A DNA stretch of 64,000 bases from the NCBI RefSeq assembly GCF_006345805.1, contig NC_043005.1:101122001-101186000 (forward strand), read 5' to 3'. Shown one piece after another: positions 12,530 through 25,895 of the stretch; position 1 is the stretch's first letter, and each line of letters begins with the position of its first letter. A program made the position numbers and the translations under genes. Under the pieces are notes generated by a model that saw only the letters and a list, made by a program, of their open reading frames with translations, was not told where the DNA came from and did not search any database. The stretch comes from Octopus sinensis. Its lineage: Eukaryota.

Positions 12530-14500
12530 AGATTCAAATCTCATGATCACAACTATTTAAGGTCCATTTTGCCACGCCTGTATAGGCGGAAAGGTATTCT
12601 TTAGCACCACATCTCACCACATTTCATAATTCTTTGTCTTGTTGCTCAAGAAGTTCTGTTTGTTGAGACTTATGTTCACCTCTTTGTGCTATTCCTTGTT
12701 AGATTTCTCGCTTGCACTGTTTCCAACCATTTGGAGCACTCAGCACTTTTTATACCATTGACATGTACCTATTTCTTTACTATCCACAAGGGGCTAAACA
12801 CAAAGAGGACAAACAAGGACAGACAAACAGATGAAGTCGATTACATCGATCCCAGTGCGTAACTGGTACTTATTTAATCAACACCGAAAGGATGAAAGGT
12901 AAAGTTGACCTCGGCGGAATTTGAACTCAGAACATAAAGACGGACGAAATACCTATTTCTTTACTGCCCACAATGAGAGAACAAACAAGGACAGACAAAT
13001 GGATTAAGTCAATCATATCGACCCAGTACGTAACTGGTACTTATTTAATCAACCCCGAAAGGATGAAAGGCAAAGTTGACTTTGGCGGAATTTGAACTCA
13101 GAACGTAGCAGCAGACAAAATACCGCTAAGCATTTCGCCCGGCATGCTAACGATTCTGCCAGCTCGCTGCCTTAACATGACATGTACCAGCAGTCATTTT
13201 TTTCTGCAATATTATACCTTATTCCTCTTATATCCAGCTCTTCTCTCAGTTCATTTGTGTTCTACCATCCATAAACACCCAGCAGGTGCACAATGGTAAT
13301 GCACATGTCTTTTGACCATAATGCATTGCACTTGTATACAAGCATCATACAAACTGTCTTTTTCTCTGAGAGAGAAACACTTCTTTACCATCAGAGATAA
13401 TGGCTCTCTGGACATTTTATATCCACTTCTTACTCTAACTACTCTTTTGGAATATCCACATCCATTGCTAATTAGATTACTTTGGTAAGCATACAAAAAT
13501 GTACTTTTTGTGTATTCTTATTATTGACTGCACCCATTTATTTACCAAATCCAAAATTTACTTTCTCTGTCAGCCTCCCTTTCATCCCACATTCCTTGCA
13601 TCTATAGTTTACATTGGGCACACCATATCAAATTCCTACCGACTTCTTTTCCGGCATTTCAAACATGGTTACTTCCTTAATGGAAGTGGAGTCTTGTCTT
13701 TTTCTTTTCTTGTGAAATTTAACTTTGAGCTTCCCTGATTCTAAGTTTTACTTTCCTGTTTGGAATTTCTTCTCTAAATCTTCTATAGATTAAACTTCAG
13801 CATACAGAAGTTCCCATGGACAGTTGATCTTAAACTTCTCTGTTATAGCCTTGAGGTCGATGATGAACAGAAGTAGGGATGGGATCTAAGGTCTGATGTA
13901 CACCAACCTGTACAATAGATTCCTTTCTGAATTCGTTGCCAACACTCACATTGCTGACGACATCTTTGTACATGATTTGCAAAGAATTTACAAGCCACTT
14001 ATCTACCCCTAATACCTTTACCGATCACCAGACTACAGAGTACAGGACCCTTTCAAAGCCTTTTCCAATTCAAAAATGCTAGGTTGAGCAGCTTACTCTA
14101 AGCTAAGTACTTCTCCTGCAGTTTGTCTTGGCAGGAAAATGGCATCAATATGCATTCCATACTCTTTCTCACCTGTTGTGCTATAACTCTTTCCATAACC
14201 TTCATAACCAGGTCCAAAAATTGATGCTGCTGTAATTTACTCTCTCTAATGTATCACCCACGTTTAGCAGAGTTCTCATCAACTGCTACAAGGACAAATC
14301 ATTATGTAAGGACACACTCTTGTACAACCTGATTGCCTAAGCAGGTGACTAACACATGACCTACCCCACAAGATATTTTCAGTGCTTCAGCCACTAATCT
14401 TGATGAACCAGCAGCTTTCCTTGCCTCCATATCCTTAATCCCACTTTTGAAGTTATAGCCTTTAACTTCAATGGCTAGCCTTTCTATTTCCCCACAAGAC
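12530..14500 (-). mobile_element. Decayed RTE-clade LINE reverse-transcriptase region, interrupted by SINE B
   Basis: Motifs LEKA(F)..RV, VGVHQ..PLLFII..AITEKF..PWELLYA and RVRSGY..EPL; many frameshifts. Confidence 0.75.
12766..13172 (-). mobile_element. Tandem dimer of SINE family B
   Basis: Two consecutive copies, junction near 12950. Confidence 0.85.
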
Positions 14501-15254
14501 CTTTAACTGTAGTTAAACATCATAGAGGAAGAAATGCATTTGAGTTGGAATACAAAAATATATCAGCACCAACTATTAATATCAAATTAAAAACGTATTT
14601 TTTTCTCTCAAATTTACATATATTTATTCTAAACTGATGCAAATGGCTTGAAATAAATATTTTACAATATAATCAAGAAATCTAGATTAGTTTTAGAATT
14701 AAGAGCTAGGATAAAACAGACATATTCAATGGTTAACAATGAGAATTATCTATCATGTGTAGACATGTGTGTGTGTAGTTGTGTGTATGTGAGTGTGTGT
14801 GTGTATGTATGTATGTATGCGTGTGTTAAAATTCAATAAACAAGAAAACTGATGCAGCCAATTTATCTCAGAATATGATTTGAATGCAGCACACTCTAAA
14901 CTTCTAGCAATTTCCAGCATACATCATCCTGCTGTAACTCAAAATAGAGGTTACACTATGAAGTGACCCTAAAATAAACACCAGGTATATTTTTTCCACA
15001 CACAAAATAATCTCAAGTAACCACATTTATCAAGTTAATATCTTAGGTGGTTATTCCTCAATTTATTTACATATTTTACTAAATTCCATGACAAATTTAC
15101 CCATGCATTCATTAAAAAAAGCACCATGCAGTCTAAACAAAAAATCAATAGTTCATGTTAAAGAAAATATTGCATTCTACTTTATTTGTTTATTTGACAC
15201 TTAAATCCCCTTCCTACCCCCCAATAACTGTAAATTAATTCAAATTCTATTCAC

Positions 15255-15330
15255 CAATCTTCACTTGATCGCTCAACTGGCTTGGAATCTTGTTGGTAAA
15301 AGGATTAGAAAAGACCAACGAGGATTCATT
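15255..15330 (-). pseudogene. Clean 76-nt exon (phase 0>1)
   Basis: Strong acceptor ttttctttttcctttcatttcatccaccag; NESSLVFSNPFTNKIPSQLSDQVKI; donor GTGAAT. Confidence 0.7.
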
Positions 15331-15727
15331 CTGGTGGATGAAATGAAAGGAAAAAGAAAACACAACACAGCAGCTCAGATGAATCAATATATCTAGATTA
15401 TGGTGTTAGATTGTTCAACTGACTTTCAGATAACATTGAATAATAGGAAAATCTCTCAGCACTGTAATAAAAAGGTGATTTCACTATCTAACAACTGTTT
15501 ACAGGAAAATAAACTATTTACTGATTGCAGTAAAGATTTTCCTAGCAGCAGCAAGTTAAAAGAAGGCAAATATAACAGAGATGGTAGCATGCTGACTGAG
15601 TCAATCTCTGACTAACAAAATCCAGGCTTCTTTATTCTGTAAATAAATCATCATCTACCTTTTTTTTGTCTTTTTATTGAAGCAAAAGAAAAGGATTAAG
15701 GTTCGTTATGGAAGGCTACTGACTCAC

Positions 15728-16357
15728 AGGTTCAAATGATGTCAGCAAAACTGAATTGTATTTGTGCCTTAAAGCAAGGCATGTAGCTACTTCATGTTTT
15801 CTATGTAGCTGATAAGAATGCATTTCTTGCAACATGTGCTTAAGTGGTTGATACGAGGAAAGAGATGCACATAATGCATCTACTTCAAGATTTGATGACA
15901 TCATATTTACAGAACTATTTAAACCATGTTTGTTATGGAGAAAATGTAAAAAAATATGAATATTGCTATGGAATGGTTTGGATAATGCAGGATATTAATT
16001 TAGTATGATAAATTTCAGTAGTTACAAATTTTTGAAACATTTCTTTTGATATACAGTAGATCTTGACTCATTCAACGAAAGCAAAGTAAATCAACGAAAG
16101 AAAAAAATATTAGGAAAAATCAAGGGATAAACTACTGAATCTTAATCCCCAGTAATCCCAGCCGGATCTATCAACTTATAAAGCATATCAGACACTAAGC
16201 AAGGTTAACAAACAAAGTTTGCGTTGGTTTTAAACAGACCATAGTCCTTTGGGCTGTATTCTATCAAAAATAGATTGTATAGAATCAAATTCGTGCTCTT
16301 GTTGAAACTATTCAGAAAACTTAAGACATTATTTGTTCAAATCCAAAATTTACCAGT
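15728..16357 (-). pseudogene. Pseudo-exon whose last 62 codons are open
   Basis: ctctcag acceptor, then LVNFGFEQIMS*..FQQEHEFDSIQSIFDRIQPKGLWSV*..SVNMMSSNLEVDALCASLSSYQPLKHMLQEMHSYQLHRKHEVATCLALRHKYNSVLLTSFEP|GTGAGT. Alternative acceptor at 15915-15916. Confidence 0.65.
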
Positions 16358-16608
16358 CTGAGAGAATGGGTATTTTAAAAATGGTCTTAAAAAAAAAAGA
16401 CTGAAATTGGGGGAACAATTTTTTTCCATAGATCCACCTACCATAAATAAGTTCTTCCAATACACGGAGGCTACAAAACAACTTAACCACAGTAACATCT
16501 AACTGCTCTGTATTTCTTTCTCCCATCTTCTTTCCATTTTTGCTAGTTTTGTTTTTCTTTATGTATATTCTGTTTTTTATATAACTTCATCAGTCTATCA
16601 TGGCTTAC

Positions 16609-16818
16609 CAGCTTTGCACAGACATTTAAATTGATTGAATAAATGAACAAATGAGAATGAAATTAATAATAGTGAGCAGCAAAGAAACAATTTTTATAAA
16701 AGATCAAAGGCAGAGAAAACAATTAGAATTAATCAAGGAATAAAATATTTGGCATTATCCGCACTGATGCAATAAAAGCTCTCAGCTCTTATACATTTCA
16801 TGTAGTGCATCAGCAAAT
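16609..16818 (-). pseudogene. Pseudo-exon (210 nt, phase 2>2)
   Basis: FADALHEMYKS*ELLLHQCG*..; strong donor GTAAGC, weak acceptor; 4 stops. Confidence 0.45.
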
Positions 16819-17031
16819 CTTGATTAACAGTGATTATCCATGTAATAAGTAAAAGAAAACTCCCGCTGTGGCTGTTTAAACTCTACATCTAAACCTACAA
16901 GCAAAGAAAATAACTCCAACAAAATCAATTATTGAAAAAGTAATGTCTGTAACCACTTCAAGATAGATGTCCATTCAAACAGACTTTACTGTGATTTTTT
17001 TTAACCCCGAGAGGACATCTCCTCTAGTGTA

Positions 17032-17790
17032 GATGATATTCCAAAGGCTGAAGCAGTTTGAATGGGAAACGATGCCCTCCCCACCATATTCACTGGACAT
17101 TGCCCCATCTGATTATCATTTATTCTGCAGTCTTCAAAATCATTTGGATAGAAAATATCTGAATTCTGTAGATGAGGTCAGAACAGTACTTGAGGAGTAG
17201 TTTTCATCATGGACAAGTGAATTTTGGGAGAAGGACCTTGCAAGTCTACCAGAAAGATGGAAGAGCATTGTAGAAAATGAAGGAGGCTCTCTTTTACTCT
17301 TTTACTTGTTTCAGTCATTTGACTGCGGCCATGCTGGAGCACCGTTTTTAATCAAGCAACTCGACCCCGGGACTTATAGCTTTGTAAGCCCAGTACTTAT
17401 TCTATCAGTCTCTTTTGCCGAACCGCTAAGTAACAGGGACATAAACACACCAGCATCGGTTGTCAAGCAATGCTAGGGGGACAAACACAGACACACAAAC
17501 ACACACACGCATATATATACATATATACGACGGGCTTCTTTCAGTTTCCGTCTACCAAATCCACTCACAAGGCTTTGGTCGGCCCGAGGCTATAGTAGGA
17601 GACACTCGCCCAAGGTGCCATGCAGTGGGACTGAACCTGGAACGATGTGGTTGGTAAACAAGCTACTTACCACACAGCCACTCCTGTGCCCATGAGTATA
17701 TTCTAGGTTAAAAAATAACTTTTTTTATCTTTAATTTTGAAAAATAAAAGAAGTACAAAAAGACCACATTATTTATGGGATGACCCAATA
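17032..17790 (+). mobile_element. Mariner transposase 3' end and right terminus, split by a SINE
   Basis: FEWETMPSPPYSLDIAPSDYHLFCSLQNHL..LASLPERWKSIVENEG[SINE]EYILG*. YSPDLAPSDY-type motif; ends TTATGGGATGACCCAATA-TA. Confidence 0.88.
17288..17690 (-). mobile_element. SINE family A, full length
   Basis: Close to the family consensus; nested in the mariner. Confidence 0.9.
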
Positions 17791-18062
17791 TATATAAGAT
17801 AAAATATTCACCACTTAAAAGCGGATGTCGTGCTAGAACACACAAATACTGCGATATTTACCAAGAGAGAAAACCATAAGAGCACATCATGGCTATCACC
17901 ATACACACACACAACACACACACACACACACAGAAAATTAATATAGACAGCAGTTTGCAATGTTTTACGAAAAAGGAAAACTACAATTGTCACTAAATGT
18001 GACTTGGGTGTTAGAAACACCTACATTACTGGAAATAAGAGCTAAAAGGCTCTAATTTCTAA

Positions 18063-18234
18063 GGCACAGGAGTGGCTGGTGTGGTAAGTAGCTTGCTTAC
18101 CAACCACATGGTTCTGGGTTCAGTCCCACTGTGTGGCACCTTGGGCAAGTGTCTTCTGCTATAGCCTCGGGCCGACCAAAGCCTTGGGAGTGGATTTGGT
18201 AGATGGAAACTGAAAGCAGCCCATCGTATATATG

Positions 18235-18271
<37 letters not shown>

Positions 18272-18275
18272 AAAC

Positions 18276-18317
<42 letters not shown>

Positions 18318-18321
18318 AAAC

Positions 18322-18363
<42 letters not shown>

Positions 18364-18595
18364 ATATGTATGTGTGTGTATATGTTTGTGTGTCTGTGTT
18401 TGTCCCCCCAACATTGCTTGACAACCGATGCTGGTGTGTTTATGTCCCCGTAACTTAGCAGTTCGGCAAAAGAAACAGATAGAATAAGTACAAGGCTTAC
18501 AAAGAATAAGTACTGGGGTCGATTTGCTCAACTAAAGGCAGTGCTCCAGCATGGCCACTGTCAAATGACTGAAACAAGTAGAAGAGTAAAATAGT
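18063..18595 (+). mobile_element. SINE family A, full length, expanded microsatellite
   Basis: Head GGAGTGGCTGGTGTGG through tail GACTGAAACAAGTAGAAGAGT. Confidence 0.9.
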
Positions 18596-18773
18596 AATGC
18601 TGTAGCCAAAGCGCATAATTGTATACTAGGGACTATAATCAACTGAAAACAGCATTTGAGAATTCCTTGTACTCAAGTCTCAGTTTTGGTAATTCCATTG
18701 CCTCATCAGTAAGGATTGGCTCAACTTCAGCAGATTCCAGACGTAATTCTCTATCAGTATATATGTTTTTATT
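18596..18773 (-). pseudogene. Pseudo-exon cut by a SINE
   Basis: tttctag acceptor, then NKNIYTDRELRLESAEVEPILTDEAMELPKLRLEYKEFSNAVFS*L*SLVYNYALWLQH; first 44 codons open. Confidence 0.55.
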
Positions 18774-18937
18774 CTAGAAATCTATGGATGGTTTAGCGAA
18801 TCGCTAATGTGTAAACAGAAAATCGATATAGACAGCAGTTTGCAGTGTTTTACCAAAAACGAAAACTATAATTGTCGTTGAATGTGACTACGGTGGTAGA
18901 AATACCTACATTGCTAGAAATAAGAACTAAAATGCTC

Positions 18938-19148
18938 AGAGAGAGAGAGAGGAGAGAGAAAGAGGGAGAGAGATTAAACAAATAAACAGACAGACAGATA
19001 TACATAATATATATATAGAGAGAGAGATAATTGATAGATAGATAGACAAACAGACAGATAGATAGATAGATAGATAGATAGATGATGGATGGATGGACAA
19101 ACAGATAGATAGATAGATAGATTATATATATGTATATAAATAGATAGA

Positions 19149-19180
<32 letters not shown>

Positions 19181-19300
19181 TAGATAGATAGAAAGATAGA
19201 TAGATAGATAGAGGTAAACATACGTGTGTATATAGAGATGTGCATATATATATTATGTATATGTACGTATATAAATGCACATGCACACACACACAACACA
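18938..19300. repeat. Compound (GA)n/(GATA)n/(GACA)n microsatellite
   Basis: Direct reading. Confidence 0.9.
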
Positions 19301-19459
19301 CATGGTATGTGTCTATCAGTCAATGACAAACATAGTTCAGTAAGAAAATTGTTGAAAAAAATGGTGCGTCAAACAAAAATATTTCCCAGTTTTCATTCCA
19401 CCCAACTCACACAGTCACTCAGCCCTGTCACCATCACCAATGAAAAGAGAAGCAGTCAA

Positions 19460-20300
19460 CCCAGTGACCAGCTCGGATGGAAACCTATGTCGCTAAGGAA
19501 GCTATGTTTGCAAAATACTTGAGGTTGGTGGAAATAAAGAAAAGATGAGCTATGAAGGATTTCCAGATTGTTGTAGTTGTAGAGATAAAGAAAACGGTAA
19601 AGAATCTAAAGGACATAGCAAAGACGAAGAGGAGAATGAGTCAAGTGCATCCTGTGGCTATATGGAGATACAGTTTGCTTGATCTGGAAACAGCAACAGT
19701 TACAGTAGTAATACAAGAGACAGTGCAACGTATACTCTTTTACTCGTTTCAGTCATTTCGACTGCGGCCATGCTGGAGCACCGCCTTTTAGTCGAGTAAA
19801 TCGAACCCGGGACTTATTCTTTGTAAGCCCAGTACTTATTCTATCGGTCTCTTTTGCCGAACTGCTAAGTTACGGGGACGTAAACACACCAACATCGTTT
19901 GTCAAGCAATGTTGGCGGGACACAAACATATACACACACATACATATATATATATATATATTATATATATATATATACATATATACGACAGGCTTCTTTC
20001 AGTTTCCGTCTACCAAATCCACTCACAAGGCATTGGTCGGCCTGGGGCTATAGCAGAAGACACTTGCCCAAGATGCCACACAGTGGGACTGAACCCGGAA
20101 CCATGTGGTTGGTTAGCAAGCTACTTACCACACAGCCACTCCTGCGCCTATGTGTATGTGTTAGAGAGAGCAGTATTGAATTGTTACTAGTCAGCTGGTT
20201 GGTTTTTGTTGGATTTTTCTGTGAGAGAAGTTAGAATGTTTGTGTGTACAACAATGGTATAATAATATGTGTGAGCAGTAATATAATGTGAGGCAGATAT
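19460..20300 (-). mobile_element. Degraded CR1/L2-like LINE 3' fragment split by a SINE
   Basis: YCSHI motif near 20275 and a decayed FFxxTxxxWNS-like segment near 19570. Confidence 0.4.
19733..20148 (-). mobile_element. SINE family A, full length
   Basis: Close to the family consensus. Confidence 0.9.
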
Positions 20301-20422
20301 ATCTTGTGTAAAGGTTAGCAACTGTTTATGGCTGAAGAGAAAGCAGGCAAGCGTCTTCTATAGTCTTGGCCTGACCAAAGTTTTGTGAGTGAATTTGGTA
20401 GACAGAAACTGAAAGAAGTCCA

Positions 20423-20442
20423 TTGTATATATGTGTACATGG

Positions 20443-20499
<57 letters not shown>

Positions 20500-20521
20500 C
20501 ATACATATATATATACATACA

Positions 20522-20561
<40 letters not shown>

Positions 20562-20703
20562 CATACATATATATATATACATACATATATAAACATATAT
20601 ATATACATACATATATAAACATATATATATATATATATACATACATATATATATACATACATACATATATATATATATACATACATATATACATACATAT
20701 ATA
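20423..20703. repeat. (TA)n/(TACA)n microsatellite
   Basis: Direct reading. Confidence 0.95.
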
Positions 20704-21082
20704 CACTTGCGTCAGAAATTAATTAGCACTTCTCAATTTCTACATTAAATAGGTTAAATCAATTAACCTATGAGCTGTTCAAAACATCTTTCGCGATGAG
20801 AAAACTTAGTATGGTGTGATTTCGGTCCTTGCGAGGCGCTACCTATATCTATTAAACAAAGGAAGATTTGTCTGCATCCGCACTCCAAGTTGTTGTTGCA
20901 CTGCTATGTCAACATCATAAGGCTGTAGACTCTCAAACTGCTCTGCAAACGAAGTTACGTCATCGTTCTGCACAACAGTGAACTCGCAACAAAGCAATAG
21001 TTCGAGATATGGCCACTAGGTGACAGCACATACCTTGAGTGAAGAGCAAATCAAGGGTGCTAATTAATTTCTGACGGTAGTG
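20704..21082. mobile_element. Tc1/mariner-type non-autonomous element (379 bp)
   Basis: Imperfect 26-bp TIRs CACTTGCGTCAGAAATTAATTAGCAC / GTGCTAATTAATTTCTGACGGTAGTG, with TA on both sides. Confidence 0.85.
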
Positions 21083-22145
21083 TACATACATACATACGTA
21101 CATACATACACACATACACACACACATACCCACACACACACGCACACATACATACATACACACACACTTACACCCGTACATACATACATACACATACACA
21201 CATACATACATACGTACATACATACACACACATACATACACACACACATACCCACACACACACGCACACATACATACACACACACATACACACATACATA
21301 CACACATACTTACATACACACACACATACCCACACACACACGCACACATACATACATACACACATACATACACACACACACTTACACCCGTACATACATA
21401 CATACACACACACATACATACACACATACTTACATACACACACACATACCCACACACACACGCACACATACATACATACGTACACACACGCACATACACA
21501 CATACACACACACACACATACATACACACACATACACACACATATACACACACACATACATATACATACATACGTACATACATACATACATACGTACATA
21601 CATACATACGTACACACACGCACATACACACATACACACACACATACCCACACACACACGCACACATACATACACACATACATACACACATACTTACATA
21701 CACACACACTTACATACATACATACACACACACTTACATACATACATACACACATACTTACATACACACACACTTACATACATACATACACACACACTTA
21801 CACCCGTACATACATACATACATACACACATACTTACATACACACACGCATACATATACATACATACATACATACATATATATATATATACATACATACA
21901 GACACACACATGCACACATACACACACATACATATACATACATACAGACACACACATGCACACATACACGCATGCACACATACACGCATGCACACATACA
22001 CGCATGCACACATACACGCATGCACACATACACGCATGCACACATACACGCATGCACACATACACACACATACATATACATACATACAGACACACACATG
22101 CACACATACACACACACACATACATACATACGTACATACATACAC

Positions 22146-22204
<59 letters not shown>

Positions 22205-24262
22205 CATACACACATACACACATACACACACACACATACACACATACACACATACACACACACACATACATACATACATATATACACATACATACATACA
22301 CACATACATACACACACATATACACACACACATACCCACACACACACGCACACATACATACATACACATACACACACACATACACACATACATACATACA
22401 CACATACACACACACACATACATATACATACATACACATACACACACACATACCCACACACACACGCACACATACATACATACACACATACTTACATACA
22501 CACACATACATACATACACATACATACACATACACACACATACATACACACACACATACACACACATACATACATACACATACACACACACATATATACA
22601 CATACATACATACATACACACATACTTACATACACACACACATACCCACACACACACGCACACATACATACATACACATACACACATACATACATACATA
22701 CACACACACATACATATACATACATACACACACACATACATATACATACATACGTACACACACGCACATACACACATACATACATATATACACATACATA
22801 CATACGTACATACATACACACACACACTTACATACATACATACACACACACTTACATACATACATACATACACACACATATACACACACACATACATACA
22901 CACACATACATACATACACACATACTTACATACACACACGCATACATATACATACATACACACACACATACACACATACACACACACATACATACACACA
23001 TACATACATACATAGACACATACATATACATACATACAGACACACACATGCACACATACACGCATGCACACATACACACACACACACATACATACTATAC
23101 AGACATACGTACACATACACAAACACACTTACACCCGTACATACATACATACACACACATACATACATACTTACACACATACACACATACATACATACAC
23201 TCACGCATACATATACATATACACATACACACACATACACACATACATACACACACATACATACATACATACACACTTACACACATACATACACACACAT
23301 ACATATATACATACATACACACACTTACACACATACACACATACATACACACACACATACACACACATACATACATACGCACATACACACACATATATAT
23401 ACATACACACACATACACACATACACACATGCACACATACATACATACACACACACATACACACATACATACACACTCATACATACATACATACATACAC
23501 ACATACACACACGCATACATATACATACATACATACATACGCACACATACACACATACATACATAGATACATACACACACACACACATACATACATAGAT
23601 ACATACACACACACACACACATACATACATACATACATACATACACACATACACACACATACATACACACACGCATACATATACACACATATATACACAT
23701 ACACACATACACACATACAAACATACACACACATACGTACACAGATACATACATACATACACATACATATACATACACACACATACACGCATGCACACAT
23801 ACATACATACACACATACATACATACATACACACATACACACATATAAACACACATATAAGCCTCTACATTGTACACACACGCACATATATACATACATT
23901 CACTCACACGCACGTACACACACACACACATTTACATATATATACTATACACGCACACACACATACACACGTACAAACACACAAACTCACATACACACCG
24001 ACAGATATACATACACAATATACACCTATCCGCGCATGCACACATACACATAGACACATACAAATGCACACATACACGTACATACATACACACTCACACA
24101 AATGAACCCACACATACATCCCTACACACACATACACTAGGTTAAACACAGTTACTCGCCACACACCCAAACTCGACGCATACACACACGGACACACACA
24201 TGCACACACACACACTACAAACAACACACACACATGATACATATACTTACACGCACACACAT
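21083..24262. repeat. 3.2 kb compound (CA)n/(CATA)n microsatellite
   Basis: Direct reading; source of the long H/T/Y/I and V/C/M ORFs. Confidence 0.97.
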
Positions 24263-24363
24263 ATACCCCTTTGTTTTCGACCTGGTTTTGACCTAGTTGG
24301 ATACAAAAAAGTGCCAGTATATATATCTGTAAATATAATATGTGATAATTATTCGGTAGCCAA

Positions 24364-24424
24364 GATAAAACTCCGAGTTTCAGATGTCAAGGTGGAACCC
24401 TACGCCAGTATCTCTTCAGTTATC
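24364..24424 (-). ncRNA. Hammerhead-ribozyme-like motif (left arm)
   Basis: Reverse complement GATAA-CTGAAGA-stem II-T-GAAA-CTCGGAG-TT-TTATC. Confidence 0.5.
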
Positions 24425-24670
24425 AGGCCATCGAAAAAATGCTATGAAAATGATCGTTAAAACAAAGGGAAATTACTGTGTGGTTGATCGTTTTTAAGAC
24501 AAAAGAGCTATCAGAATGACCAATAAGGGAAGGGAATAAAGGAAGGGAGTAAAAATGTTTATAGTAATCATGTGGTCATTCTAATAGCTCTTTTGTCTTA
24601 ATAACGGTCAACCACAGAGTAATTTCCCTTTGTTTTAACGATCATTTTCATAGCATTTTTTTGATGGATG

Positions 24671-24731
24671 GATAACTGAAGAGATGCCGGCATGGGTTTC
24701 CATCTCGACATCTGAAACTCAGAGTTTTATC
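24671..24731 (+). ncRNA. Hammerhead-ribozyme-like motif (right arm)
   Basis: GATAA-CTGAAGA-GATG..CATC-T-GAAA-CTCAGAG-TT-TTATC. Stem I GATAA/TTATC, palindromic stem III, one extra nt before GAAA. Confidence 0.55.
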
Positions 24732-24981
24732 ATGGCTACTGAATAATTGTCACATATTAATTTTACAAATAAATTCCTCTATTTACATAATATCAAAGTC
24801 TCATTCATTCTTTTGTTGTCTTACCGTTTCTATCAATATATATATATATATATTTGAGTGAGTAGAAAAATGAAAGAAAGAGCACTCAACACATTTGTTG
24901 AGAGTTACATGTATTATTCAAAACATTTGATTCCGATTCCATACTACTCCAAGAAGAGACCCTCTCTCATCAGGCTACTTC

Positions 24982-25023
24982 TATGTATATAAATATACAT
25001 ATGTATATAAATATGATATATAT

Positions 25024-25066
<43 letters not shown>

Positions 25067-25068
25067 GT

Positions 25069-25111
<43 letters not shown>

Positions 25112-25187
25112 TACACATATGTATACATATATATATATAATTATAATATATATATATATTAGATTATATATAAATATACACATATGT

Positions 25188-25229
<42 letters not shown>

Positions 25230-25260
25230 AATATACACATATGTATACATATATATATAT
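24982..25260. repeat. (TA)n-rich microsatellite with ATACACATATGT units
   Basis: Direct reading; a similar tract lies at 28063-28327. Confidence 0.9.
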
Positions 25261-25261
25261 A

Positions 25262-25895
25262 CTAGCAGTATCGCCCGCGTTGCTCGGGTTTGTAAGGAAA
25301 TAACTATATAAGCATTTTTTAGAGTTATAGCCAAAAAATAGCAAAAAATGCCATTAAAAGGGAAAAAATATGATGGTAAATTTTTTTTTAAATCGTTGAC
25401 TCATCGTAGACATTTTTAGAGAGTTACTTCCCTTATATAATAGCGAAAAAATGCATTAAAATGGAAAAAAAAACGATGGTAAATTTTTTTTTAAATCGTA
25501 GACTCATGTAGACGCTTTCTTAGAGCCATTTCTGTTTTGGTGTCTTCAAGCCATGAAGTCGTTGTTCTAAAAGACACTGGTCTCCTTGACAACGCATTAC
25601 GACGTTGATTTCCTTACACTCCTTCCCCACAGGTGCAGGTGTGAGCGTGGACGTCAACTCCGCCGCCATCGACACATGAAAAATTATGCATTAAAATGGA
25701 ATAAAAAATGATGTTAAATTATTTTTAAAATCGTAGACTCATCGTAGACGCGCACTAATATTCAGACGGGCTCGATATGAATCACGACTATAAGCTACCT
25801 GAATTTGGTTAAACTGTACCGCAAAATGTGGGAGTAGTTAGGAATCTAAATCGAAGGGGACAGACACTCACACAACTACAGTTTTAATATATAGA
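25262..25895 (-). mobile_element. Non-autonomous Helitron
   Basis: Minus strand starts TC, ends with the GC hairpin CCCGAGCAACGCGGG then CTAG; inserted between A and T, no TSD. Confidence 0.75.

Larger units (their letters stand above)
24325..24771. repeat. Fold-back element: ~200 bp inverted arms, ~50 bp spacer
   Basis: 24325-24522 is the diverged reverse complement of 24573-24771. Confidence 0.9.

Noticed and set aside
14830-14968. Possible extra pseudo-exon after a ttattttag acceptor
   Set aside because: Frame ambiguous, no donor found, and not needed for phase continuity.
20315-24260. Long ORFs up to 828 aa (H/T/Y/I and V/C/M rich)
   Set aside because: Translations of (CA)n/(CATA)n microsatellite, open in nearly all frames.
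24900-24985. Minus-strand CTGATGAG as another hammerhead
   Set aside because: No GAAA box or stem I partner downstream.
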